64,000 nucleotides of DNA, taken from the UHGV virus genome UHGV-0212524; one strand, written 5' to 3'. Below are positions 55,626 to 64,000 of this stretch, in pieces. Each line of letters starts with the position of its first letter. The stretch's first letter is position 1. The stretch is from a virus. The notes beneath the pieces are model-generated. The model was given only the letters and a program-made list of their open reading frames with translations. It made no database searches and had not been told where the DNA came from. Both the position numbers and the translations under genes were made by a program.

Positions 55626-58148
55626 GTGAATATGGAGGTGGACATGTTAAAAGTTGAACGTATTGTACTTAAAGGATTTACCGGAATGGGGTTACACGAA
55701 ATCGAAACCTTCGATTTTACTATCCATTCCCCAACCACCATTATCCTCGGTGGTAACGGCTGCGGTAAGACCAGCTTACTGTCCGTGTTTCTACCTATCG
55801 CACCTTCGAAATCCGAATTCCGTGACGGGGGTTCTTACACCAATATCTGTTTGGTTAACGACCATCGTTACAAATTTAAGGTTGCACGTAAAGGCAACTC
55901 ATTGGTTTGCGATATCGAGAACCTGACGACGGGTACCAAAATCGTCGAGCAAGGTAATGCGAAAGTGTATAACTCTCGCGTAGAAGAAATCACGGGCATT
56001 ACAAAAGAGATTAAAGAGTTACTGAACGGGGAAGTGCTTTTAACGGATGCAGGAACGGAACTGCGCCGTAAGTGGTTCTACCGTTTAAGTACGTCAGACT
56101 TAACTTACGCGTTAGGTTTTTATCAACGTTTACGAAAAAACCTGACGATGCTAAACGGTGGTATTGAAATCACCAGCCGCAAGATTGCAGAGTTGCGTAC
56201 CCGCGTAATTGATAACGAAGAGGAACGTCAGCAATTAGCAACGCGGTTAAAAGCGTTAGAAGCGGATTTACGTGAACTCAACAAACAGATTGAACAACTG
56301 CCTGGTCTGAATCGTGACGTTACGGTGGCAACGATTCAATCGCTATTGCTTAAAATCGAAGCACCGATTAATGCTATCTTGGAACACCGTGGCGGATTAC
56401 CTACGGAAGAACAAGTAGAGGAAGCACGACGGATTGAAGCCACTGCCCGTGAAGCGGTGGTCTCTGCTGAAACAGAACTATCCATGCTAAACAAAGATTT
56501 GTCTTTGTTGATGGACGAGTCCACTCGCCAAGATTACCTGATGCGGAATCACGAGGGGTTAAAAAACACGGTTGCGAAACTACGCGAGTTAATAAAGCAG
56601 TGGGACACTGAGCACCTTTTCCCTGAACTGTTTGCAGAGACCGTTAACATCGACCAGCTTAAAGCAGCAACCGATGCGCGTGTCTGGGGACAACGTTTAG
56701 GAACAACACTGGATGCTATTAAGTCAACGGAGCGGTTGAACGTACTGGAAGAGAAACTGTTGACCTTAGACCAAAACTCATCTGGGTTGCGTGACAGGTT
56801 ACAGCGTGTTGAAAATGTATTGCAGAATCTCAACCACGAACGGAATCACTATTTGGAAACCGCCGAGGTTGATTGTCCGCAGTGTCAATTTAAATTCCGT
56901 CCGGGTGTCCGTCGTTCTTTGCCTGAATTGGAAGAAGCCATTCGTGGACAAATGGAGCAACGTAATACGTTACAGACTCAACTTGATTCCGTATTGCGAG
57001 ACCGTACGGAATTAGAGTCGGACGTTAATTACATGCGTCAAGTACGGGAAATCGTTTTAACATACTCGAAAGACCCGGTATTGAGTTTGTTCTTTAAACG
57101 TCTCCAGGAGCGGAATGTCTTTACGGATAACCGCAGTCAGTTTGGCAGTCTGTGCGCAGAGTTCGATCGTGAACTTTATTCCGCAATTGAGTACCACGAA
57201 ACGAAACAGCGTTTTGCTAAAGCGGAAAAAGAGTGGGAAAATGCGGTTGCAGCGGTAGGTAACGTTGACGGTGCACTACAGCAGAAAATTGCCTTCCAGC
57301 AGGAACGTTTGGGTAAGGCAACAGAAACGCTCTCAGAGCGCCGTAGAGAGCACGCAGTTGCTAATGATACCTTTTGTTATCTAAACGAACTTAAAGTCAC
57401 TGTAGACAATTTTAATGCGGTTTTTGAGCGTTTAGAGAACGACGTTAAGGTAACATTAACCAACACGGTGGTCGAAACGTTATTAAACGCCCGAGAAAAC
57501 AAGTTGGATGCGTTCACCACAGCACGGGAAAGGTACCGTCAGATGGAAAACGAACTCAACCAACTTACTGCGTTAGAAAAGGAGTTATCGGATTTACAAG
57601 CGCAGCAATTTAATAACAAGCTGATGATTCAAGCGTTCTCGCCCGAGAAAGGGGTATTACGCAAATACTTCTACAACGCTATCGTGAGAATCACAGAATT
57701 AATGACGCGATATATCGAACAAGTCTGGACCTACCCTATGCGGGTCATGCCGTGTGACTTAACCGACGGTGACTTAGACTACACGTTCCCAGTGCAGTTG
57801 AAAACTCATCCTGAACCGGTACCTGACGTGCGGAAAGGGTCGAAAGCGCAGCGGGCCATCTTTAATTTGATGTTTCGTTTAACCGCTTACAAAGCCCTGA
57901 AACTTCATCAGTATCCGCTACTGTTGGATGAACCGTCAGAAGGGATGGATGAGGAACACCGAAATAATCTTGTCGGGTTTATTAAAACCCTGGCGAATTC
58001 CGGTGAGTTCTCTCAGTTACTGGTGGTATCTCACGAAGCAGAAATTCATTCAAAACTTAACGAAGCCGCATACTGTGTTATTGAACCTGAAGGCGTAACA
58101 CTGCCTGCGGTTTACAACGAAGGAGTAAAAATTGTCTACGCAAACTGA
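55626..58148 (+). CDS. SbcC/Rad50-like SMC-family ATPase (840 aa; start may be the Met at 55644)
   Basis: N-terminal Walker A ILGGNGCGKTS; long coiled-coil middle with CPQC (zinc-hook-like); C-terminal Walker B LLLDEPSEGMD and H-loop VVSHEA. Confidence 0.7.
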   Translation: MNMEVDMLKVERIVLKGFTGMGLHEIETFDFTIHSPTTIILGGNGCGKTSLLSVFLPIAPSKSEFRDGGSYTNICLVNDHRYKFKVARKGNSLVCDIENLTTGTKIVEQGNAKVYNSRVEEITGITKEIKELLNGEVLLTDAGTELRRKWFYRLSTSDLTYALGFYQRLRKNLTMLNGGIEITSRKIAELRTRVIDNEEERQQLATRLKALEADLRELNKQIEQLPGLNRDVTVATIQSLLLKIEAPINAILEHRGGLPTEEQVEEARRIEATAREAVVSAETELSMLNKDLSLLMDESTRQDYLMRNHEGLKNTVAKLRELIKQWDTEHLFPELFAETVNIDQLKAATDARVWGQRLGTTLDAIKSTERLNVLEEKLLTLDQNSSGLRDRLQRVENVLQNLNHERNHYLETAEVDCPQCQFKFRPGVRRSLPELEEAIRGQMEQRNTLQTQLDSVLRDRTELESDVNYMRQVREIVLTYSKDPVLSLFFKRLQERNVFTDNRSQFGSLCAEFDRELYSAIEYHETKQRFAKAEKEWENAVAAVGNVDGALQQKIAFQQERLGKATETLSERRREHAVANDTFCYLNELKVTVDNFNAVFERLENDVKVTLTNTVVETLLNARENKLDAFTTARERYRQMENELNQLTALEKELSDLQAQQFNNKLMIQAFSPEKGVLRKYFYNAIVRITELMTRYIEQVWTYPMRVMPCDLTDGDLDYTFPVQLKTHPEPVPDVRKGSKAQRAIFNLMFRLTAYKALKLHQYPLLLDEPSEGMDEEHRNNLVGFIKTLANSGEFSQLLVVSHEAEIHSKLNEAAYCVIEPEGVTLPAVYNEGVKIVYAN

Positions 58149-58332
58149 TTGGTGGCGTCAGTTACTAAGCGTTTTAGGGTTTAGCGTCATGGTGCTGGTT
58201 GCCATTCTGTACGTGCTATTTTGTATAACGGCGATTTTATGGGTGGTCTTAGCGTACGCGATTAGACTCGCCTGGGGTTCAATTTGGCACCAACGCGAAT
58301 GTGAGTGGCGGTGTGTTGGAGGGAAGTCATGA
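58132..58332 (+). CDS. small membrane protein (66 aa)
   Basis: Hydrophobic segments LLSVLGFSVMVLVAILYVLFCITAILWVVLAYAI; overlaps the upstream stop. Confidence 0.5.
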   Translation: MSTQTDWWRQLLSVLGFSVMVLVAILYVLFCITAILWVVLAYAIRLAWGSIWHQRECEWRCVGGKS

Positions 58333-58650
58333 TTGAGGGTATTCTGTTAACACTTGGGTCGTTGTGGGTTATTGGGAAATCTCTCAACTGGCTGATTAAT
58401 AAGTACGGATGGGCTTTCAAAGGCTCTACGCACAGTTAAGTTAGAACCCCCTCCTGGGTAACTGGGAGGGCGTTTTACGAGGGAAAACCATGACTGTTGT
58501 CAATACTACCAATGCTGCAATCGGCGCTTTATATAACGCGGAACTAACATGGGGTGCGGGTTTTATTACCGTACTGCTTCTCGCCGCAGCCGCTTTTATC
58601 ATTGGACGTTGGTTTTAATTTCATCTTTTTGCGTCTGTAAGGTCTGATAA

Positions 58651-59094
58651 ATGGAAATTTATTTGTTGAACGCACTTTCTAAAATCGGTGAAGAACAAGC
58701 GAAAGATTTACTCGCACTCCATTACCGTTACTTAGATCACCAAGCAACGATGCTGAAAATCAAAACCGCTGTACCGAAATTAAACGTGCGTCAACTGATC
58801 GAAGGCAACTGTGTTGTTCTGATTTATATCGACGATGTTGCGGTAGGTTATTGCAGTTACCGTAATCGCAACGGGGTACTCAAAATTCGTTCGTTATACG
58901 TGCTGCCTGATTACCGTCAGCGCGGGGTAATGAAAGAAATCTTCAAAGCGATAGCCGCTGATGAAGCATTCGGTGAAATTGCCATTGGGATGTACACGAA
59001 GTGCAAAGAAGCGAAAGAGTATTTCATTCGTCGTGGCTACAAAGCAACCTATTCTCACGATAAAGAATGGGTGGATTTCAGCAAAACTTTCTAA
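58651..59094 (+). CDS. GNAT family N-acetyltransferase (147 aa)
   Basis: LYVLPDYRQRGVMKEIF fits the GNAT acetyl-CoA-binding motif A (V..yR..G.g..L), preceded by a beta-strand-like VVLIYIDDVAVGYCSY. Confidence 0.6.
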   Translation: MEIYLLNALSKIGEEQAKDLLALHYRYLDHQATMLKIKTAVPKLNVRQLIEGNCVVLIYIDDVAVGYCSYRNRNGVLKIRSLYVLPDYRQRGVMKEIFKAIAADEAFGEIAIGMYTKCKEAKEYFIRRGYKATYSHDKEWVDFSKTF

Positions 59095-59160
59095 AACAAT
59101 AAAGGCTCTCTTGACGTTCCTCACTATGAGTGTGAGATTTTTACGTCAGGAGAGCTACTT

Positions 59161-59397
59161 ATGTTAAACAGTTTCGGTGTAGGTGGAATGGATACAAGCA
59201 TTTGCTGGAAAGAATACGAACGCGCAAAAGCATTTCTCCAGCATCCCAACGTGGGCAAGATCGGTCAGGTGTGTTTTGGTAAACCTGAACTGACGGCCTG
59301 TATTCAAGGCGCGTTAGGAACGCTGCCACCTGAATCACCTTTCGAGCCTAAGGAGAATCCAGATGTTACCAGGAACCCAAACCCCGTACCTATTTAG
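59161..59397 (+). CDS. hypothetical protein (78 aa)
   Basis: Intact ORF. Confidence 0.4.
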   Translation: MLNSFGVGGMDTSICWKEYERAKAFLQHPNVGKIGQVCFGKPELTACIQGALGTLPPESPFEPKENPDVTRNPNPVPI

Positions 59398-59737
59398 TGA
59401 ACCACTGGATAACAGCGACATCTTACAAATCTGTTATCAGTGTCACGAAATCGGTGGCAGTGAACTTACGCGGGTTAATAAACTACTGTGGCTGATTCCA
59501 GAAATCGAATTACCGTTCGTTAAACCGAGTTTGTGGCGTCGTGGTGCGTGTCGTGAAGCGTATATGCTGTCAAGATTTAACATTAATCTGGAGAAGGTCT
59601 GGGAGAAGATGAACGACGCCCAAACCCGAGAACAGATTACGCACACGCTGGAATTGCACCTTGCCATGAAACGCCTCGGTCTCGAGCATGAAGGGCTAGA
59701 GTCCGTTATCAGTCAATGGGTGAAAAGGAATCGTTAA
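59363..59737 (+). CDS. hypothetical protein (124 aa)
   Basis: Intact ORF overlapping the previous gene. Confidence 0.45.
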   Translation: MLPGTQTPYLFSEPLDNSDILQICYQCHEIGGSELTRVNKLLWLIPEIELPFVKPSLWRRGACREAYMLSRFNINLEKVWEKMNDAQTREQITHTLELHLAMKRLGLEHEGLESVISQWVKRNR

Positions 59738-59810
59738 TGTCTAAAACGTATATAGCGATTTTGGTTGAGTTAGCGATTGGCGGAACGCGGTTTATCCCTG
59801 TGCATCAATT

Positions 59811-60335
59811 ATGCTTACCTCACTCGGTAAGACCGTTATGCTAACGATACTTCCAGAATCGGTTATTGACAACGACCTGTTTAACGCCCCTGAGCGCTTC
59901 AAGGTCGTTACGATAAATTGCGTAGGGGCAATGGGTCGGGGTATCGCTTTAGCGTGCAGAGAACGCTATCCTGAGCTTTATCAGGACTACCGAGAACGTT
60001 GCTTCGCTAACGAAATACGAATAGGGAATGTGTACGTTTATCCCGAGGAAAACTGCATTCTCTTACCAACAAAAACACATTGGAAACTGAAATCCCAGGT
60101 TTCTTATGTTATCGCGGGTATCACCGCGTTGGCAGATGCCGCAGAAAACTTAGAGGGTGGGGTGGCTTTACCGCCGTTAGGGATGGCTAACGGTTGGTTG
60201 ACAAAAGCTGAACGTCAACAAATCTTTTTGTTTATCGAAAAGAAACTCGTACCAAGGAGACAACAATACTGTTTCTATTTACCCGATACGCTTTACCAAG
60301 AAGCAAAACCTTTAATTCCAAACCTTTTTAAATAG
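59811..60335 (+). CDS. macrodomain protein, TARG1/DarG-type (174 aa; alternative start at 59838)
   Basis: DLFNAPERFKVVTINCVGAMGRGIALACRERYPELYQDY matches the recalled GDLF...VNCVGVMGKGIA..FK..YPE signature of TARG1/DarG-type (Macro_2) macrodomains. Confidence 0.6.
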   Translation: MLTSLGKTVMLTILPESVIDNDLFNAPERFKVVTINCVGAMGRGIALACRERYPELYQDYRERCFANEIRIGNVYVYPEENCILLPTKTHWKLKSQVSYVIAGITALADAAENLEGGVALPPLGMANGWLTKAERQQIFLFIEKKLVPRRQQYCFYLPDTLYQEAKPLIPNLFK

Positions 60336-60408
60336 ATATTATCATTAGGGCACACAACAAAGGAGTTCCAGCTGTCCGCGCCGTGATTTCGTTCTACGGA
60401 ACACGGAA

Positions 60409-61122
60409 ATGTATAAATCCAACTGGAGAACTAGTATGTTTCGTATTTTCTTTCTTTTACTGGTAACACTTTTCGCGTTTAACGCATACGCATCCAAATC
60501 CGCGCCCAATGCCAAACACCATCGTGAATTCGAAATGATTCAAGACCGTTTCGAACGGGTAAAACCGTTGATTGTGGAAATCTCTCGAAAGCAGGGTGTC
60601 GATCCTAATTTGATGACCACGCTAATCTATCGAGAGTCACGGTTTAATCCGAAGGCGTATAATCGAACGTCTAAAGCGCACAGTCTGGTTCAGATGCTAC
60701 CGAGCACAAAGCGCAATTTGCTAAAACTCTACGGTGCCGAAATCGGACTTAGTCGCAATGCGGATTTGTACAATCCTCGTAATGCGGTGCTATTGGCTTC
60801 CGTCTACGTTAAACATTTAGAAAAGGGGTTGACTAAACGACTCAAACGCAAGCCCACTATTGCAGAAATTGCATTGGCTTATCACTGGGGTGAAAGTGGT
60901 GCACACGCCAGGATTAAAAGCAAGTCTCGGGCAGCACAACGAGAAATGGCGAGCTTTATGAAAGATGCAACGTTCTACAGTGCGAAAATCGACAAGCCTG
61001 TAGCATCTCGTCAGCTTGCGTTTGCGAAGAAACCAGAACGCCAGATTCAGTTAGCGGAAGTTAACCGAATTTGGGATACGATAAACACCAGTTTTCCATT
61101 TAAACAAGGAGTCACCCTTTGA
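60409..61122 (+). CDS. secreted lytic transglycosylase, SLT domain (237 aa)
   Basis: Signal peptide FRIFFLLLVTLFAFNAYA; LIYRESRFNPKAYNRTSKAHSLVQMLPST fits the SLT motif with catalytic Glu (E-S...A.S.....G..Q). Confidence 0.65.
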   Translation: MYKSNWRTSMFRIFFLLLVTLFAFNAYASKSAPNAKHHREFEMIQDRFERVKPLIVEISRKQGVDPNLMTTLIYRESRFNPKAYNRTSKAHSLVQMLPSTKRNLLKLYGAEIGLSRNADLYNPRNAVLLASVYVKHLEKGLTKRLKRKPTIAEIALAYHWGESGAHARIKSKSRAAQREMASFMKDATFYSAKIDKPVASRQLAFAKKPERQIQLAEVNRIWDTINTSFPFKQGVTL

Positions 61123-61628
61123 GCATCGTTGTAACCGATTGGTATAAAGGTATCACTAAGGCTACCCAACTTACTGCCCAGGACGTATATAGCATCGTTC
61201 GTAGCAGTAGCGAAGACCAGATAAAGTCCGACGAAGACTTTGCAACGCGTCATGAGTTTTACGATGCCCTTAAAACGGCTTTCGGTGATGACGAAGAAGA
61301 AGGTTTAGAGTTTGACTGGAACGTCAACCTTGCCTTGTTGTGGATTTGCGGATTACGTCCGAGTGTGAAAGACACGGAGCAAGGGAAAGTTCTGTTGTGG
61401 CACTACACCGGTAAATACAATCCAAACCAGGTCTTTAAAGAAGCGTATATGGAAGCCACTGTAGAGTTACAGAATCTGCTGTTGGGTGAGAACACCTACT
61501 GCCAGCGTAGCTTCCTGACGATTCTGGAGAAACTGGCGACTACGCACAAAATCTGGCGTCAGGCAGATGCCCCTGAACACATCTTCGTTCTGGAATTTGC
61601 CGTGATTCCAAACCAGCCGTTCTTTTAA
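61119..61628 (+). CDS. hypothetical protein (169 aa)
   Basis: Intact ORF with start/stop overlap. Confidence 0.5.
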   Translation: MSIVVTDWYKGITKATQLTAQDVYSIVRSSSEDQIKSDEDFATRHEFYDALKTAFGDDEEEGLEFDWNVNLALLWICGLRPSVKDTEQGKVLLWHYTGKYNPNQVFKEAYMEATVELQNLLLGENTYCQRSFLTILEKLATTHKIWRQADAPEHIFVLEFAVIPNQPFF

Positions 61629-61634
61629 TACTTG

Positions 61635-61672
61635 CCCCTAATCCGATTGGATTAGGGGTACTTTTATTTATT
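61635..61672 (+). terminator. rho-independent terminator
   Basis: cccctaatcc gatt ggattagggg followed by tacttttatttatt. Confidence 0.65.
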
Positions 61673-61691
61673 CCCCTAAAGGAGCAAAGGT

Positions 61692-62171
61692 ATGTTGAAG
61701 TTTATCTGGCGTTACCCAACCCGCTTTTGGTTCGTGGTATTAGAGGTAGTCACCGTTCTACTGTTAGTGACGTTCGTAAACGTCCCTACGAAACAAATGG
61801 TGATTTTCTGCGTATTCGTGGCTATACCGCTGTGGGTGTTTGCAAAGATTATTAAGTTTTGCATGATAAGCTGGGCGAACTACACCTGTCCATTTAAACC
61901 CAGAGAAATCATGAATTGGCTGATGTATATCGAAGACCGTTTACCCGCTCAGTCTAAAACACTGGGCTGGGAATCGATGTTGGATATTGCGCTAGAAACG
62001 AATGCAAAATTCCCTGGGTCAAAGAATCCTTATTTGTTGCTGGCTGTTATTGTTGCTCAGCAGAAACGTGCGGGTGAGCGCTGGTTACCGGAAGAAGCGA
62101 AAGACTATATTCGTAAGCACCCGAAAGCTTTCTATTCCGTAGGTCAATGGCGTAACCTCCCACTTTTCTAA
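61692..62171 (+). CDS. membrane protein with two predicted TM helices (159 aa)
   Basis: FWFVVLEVVTVLLLVTFV and MVIFCVFVAIPLWVFAKII hydrophobic helices. Confidence 0.5.
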   Translation: MLKFIWRYPTRFWFVVLEVVTVLLLVTFVNVPTKQMVIFCVFVAIPLWVFAKIIKFCMISWANYTCPFKPREIMNWLMYIEDRLPAQSKTLGWESMLDIALETNAKFPGSKNPYLLLAVIVAQQKRAGERWLPEEAKDYIRKHPKAFYSVGQWRNLPLF

Positions 62172-62223
62172 CTTTTTACAAAACCCTTAGTTGATTTGAA
62201 CAAACCTAAAGAGGACTATTAAA

Positions 62224-63168
62224 ATGACTTTTCCATCTGAAGTAATCTACACACTGGCTAATATTTTTCGCCGTGGCCATAATTTCCCACAGTTCCGGAA
62301 ATCGGCAGATGTTACAGCCGACTTTCTGTTTAATTATCTAATTGGTACCGATCCTGCAAGCGTTACGCAGGAAACAATTATGGATATTGAACGTGTCTCA
62401 GAAATCATCCCGATCGACTACGCCTCTGGGTATCAAGACGGTGCTAAGTTCAACTTTGCAATGGGTATGCGTCGAGCTTCCATTGACATTAAGCCACGCA
62501 CGAGTAACGAATCCCTTCCAGTAGCAAACTACAATCACGAAGCTCACGGTAACTGGTTAGTTGTTGTAGAGCAGGGTAAGAATCAGTATGAAGTCGTCGC
62601 GGCTAAAGAAGAAACCTATTTCGACCTGGGTCAGATTTCTCGTACTGAAGAAATCTTTTTTAATGCACGTCAGGGCAATATCGGTGTAACTGGAAGTACG
62701 GTTTGTTTCATTCTAAGCAGCTGGCCGCATATTGGTTACGTCTTAACCAACGCCTCCAAAACATTCCACACTTTAAAAATAGAGCACAGTCATAAAGTGC
62801 TGGGTGATTTGTTTGCTGCCGACGACGAACTACCAGTCCCTGGTACAGAAGTCGCTGTCTGTGAAAACTACGATGATCTGAAATCTGTGCTCGTTAAACG
62901 TGATGTTTTCGAATCGTTAAACCTGGATTTCCCTGGTGACGAAAAAGAAATATCCGTAGCTGACCTGGTAGAAGCATTGTGTCAGAAAGACCAAGCTAAT
63001 GAGATCAGTGACGAAGAAGCGGAACTCTTCCAAGTTCAACAACTCGTCAGCAAGGTTATCGGCGGACAGGAAATCGTTGACACCCTTATGGCTTTACCAG
63101 CGAAGAAACGCACTCAAAAGTACATTCGTGAACTGGTTCTTAAAAATCTGGGTCAAGCCAAAAAGTAA
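62224..63168 (+). CDS. hypothetical protein, paralog family D (314 aa)
   Basis: N-terminus MTFPSEVIYTLANIFRRGHNFPQFRK...ADFLFNYLIG parallels the next gene. Confidence 0.55.
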   Translation: MTFPSEVIYTLANIFRRGHNFPQFRKSADVTADFLFNYLIGTDPASVTQETIMDIERVSEIIPIDYASGYQDGAKFNFAMGMRRASIDIKPRTSNESLPVANYNHEAHGNWLVVVEQGKNQYEVVAAKEETYFDLGQISRTEEIFFNARQGNIGVTGSTVCFILSSWPHIGYVLTNASKTFHTLKIEHSHKVLGDLFAADDELPVPGTEVAVCENYDDLKSVLVKRDVFESLNLDFPGDEKEISVADLVEALCQKDQANEISDEEAELFQVQQLVSKVIGGQEIVDTLMALPAKKRTQKYIRELVLKNLGQAKK

Positions 63169-63176
63169 TATAAGTC

Positions 63177-63212
63177 CCCTACTCCTCCGGGAGTAGGGTT
63201 ATTCTTTTTTCC
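63177..63212 (+). terminator. rho-independent terminator
   Basis: ccctactcc tccg ggagtaggg followed by ttattctttttt. Confidence 0.7.
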
Positions 63213-63228
63213 ATCTTAGGAGTATTAA

Positions 63229-63777
63229 ATGTTTCCATCATCCGAATATTTAACCCACCTGGCTTACGGTATTCGCCGTGGTTCTGTTTTCCGTACACGT
63301 TTAAAGGATATAAATTTCCTGGCTAATTTCTTATTCGACCGTTTGGGTGACGGCAATAGCGTTTACAAAAAGATCACCACAACACAACTTTATTCCCTTA
63401 TAGCAGCGTCCGAAATTGTACCCACAGATATTTGGCGATTCAAACGGTATTGCGAGGAAATTACAATCAGTTTTCTTGATCATTCTCCGATTACCGTTGA
63501 AATCGTCGATCGCGTTGACATTAATAGCGAAGTATCAGGTTGGAAGATTCTGTTCGACTGTGGCAATCGTTATGCGGTACTTGGTTCCTCTGATGAACGT
63601 GACTTCCCATTCGACAAACCCTACTATTACCTCAACGAAGATGAATTCCCGGATAAAGAATCCAATATCTTTTTAAACGGGAATACCGTTTACTTCATTT
63701 TTCGTACCTGGAACGATGTTGCTGGTATGATTGCTCAAGGCGTCATCGATTACCGTAAACTAGAAGTCGACATTTAA
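63229..63777 (+). CDS. hypothetical protein, paralog family D (182 aa)
   Basis: N-terminus MFPSSEYLTHLAYGIRRGSVFRTRLK...ANFLFDRLG. Confidence 0.55.
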   Translation: MFPSSEYLTHLAYGIRRGSVFRTRLKDINFLANFLFDRLGDGNSVYKKITTTQLYSLIAASEIVPTDIWRFKRYCEEITISFLDHSPITVEIVDRVDINSEVSGWKILFDCGNRYAVLGSSDERDFPFDKPYYYLNEDEFPDKESNIFLNGNTVYFIFRTWNDVAGMIAQGVIDYRKLEVDI

Positions 63778-63789
63778 AATAAAAGCTAC

Positions 63790-63823
63790 CCTACTCCCGA
63801 AAAGGAGTAGGTTAATTTCTTTT
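63790..63823 (+). terminator. rho-independent terminator
   Basis: cctactcc cgaaaa ggagtagg followed by ttaatttctttt. Confidence 0.65.
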
Positions 63824-64000
63824 AGTAACTAACCCGTTAGCTTTAAGAATCTCTAAAATCTGGTTGTTTAACTATTTTAATTTTTTGTTTTCGTTTGTCA
63901 ACTAAGTAAACTGTTCTGACAACGGAATAGCATCACGAATTTTCCTTTTCCTAGATGCTTCCATTTTCAGGTGTTGCTCCTACTTCACTTTCCATTCATA

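Noticed and set aside
1-64000. CRISPR arrays, tRNA/rRNA genes, integrase or transposase
   Set aside because: No regularly spaced direct repeats with unique spacers, no cloverleaf-like GC-rich roughly 75-nt elements in intergenic regions that I could recognise by eye, and no recombinase motifs. Absence is by visual inspection only; tRNAscan-SE or Aragorn should be run.
1-64000. Assigning the phage to a named genus or subfamily (T4-like, Vequintavirinae-like, RaK2-like and so on)
   Set aside because: Fibre multiplicity and mid-range GC are suggestive of some groups, but I cannot verify without database comparison, so no taxonomic call is made.

Overview
This 64 kb window reads as a contiguous piece of a large virulent tailed phage (Caudoviricetes) genome, probably infecting an enterobacterial-type host; this is judged from gene content, codon usage and tight gene packing, not from any database search. 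Genes are densely packed in strand-switching blocks, with many hairpin plus T-run terminators and a recurring promoter-like motif. I found no rRNA, tRNA, CRISPR array, integrase or transposase. Recognisable content includes: a multi-fibre adsorption module (a 1488-aa fibre with tandem fibre repeats and a C-terminal self-cleaving chaperone domain; three 1394-1728-aa fibres and a 401-aa coiled-coil fibre that share an N-terminal anchor motif); a lysis/cell-wall module (GH108-type endolysin, DUF1353 protein, M15 peptidase, lipoprotein, SLT transglycosylase); an SbcC/Rad50-like ATPase; a GNAT acetyltransferase; and a TARG1/DarG-type macrodomain protein. The most unusual locus is at 24.7-30.2 kb on the minus strand: two radical-SAM enzymes (one with a SPASM-like Cys-rich C-terminus) sit beside three tandem paralogous small proteins, each with a conserved leader and a core that is an uninterrupted ladder of cysteines spaced every 3-4 residues. 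That is the architecture of a RiPP-like (ribosomally made, post-translationally modified peptide) system, here embedded in the tail-fibre gene block, and I am not aware of a described equivalent. Other points worth follow-up are an in-frame stop splitting a fibre-like gene, a duplicated gene leader carrying a G11 tract, a run of five small secreted proteins, and several paralog families of unknown function. All functional calls rest on motif recognition by eye and recalled family signatures; none was verified by search.
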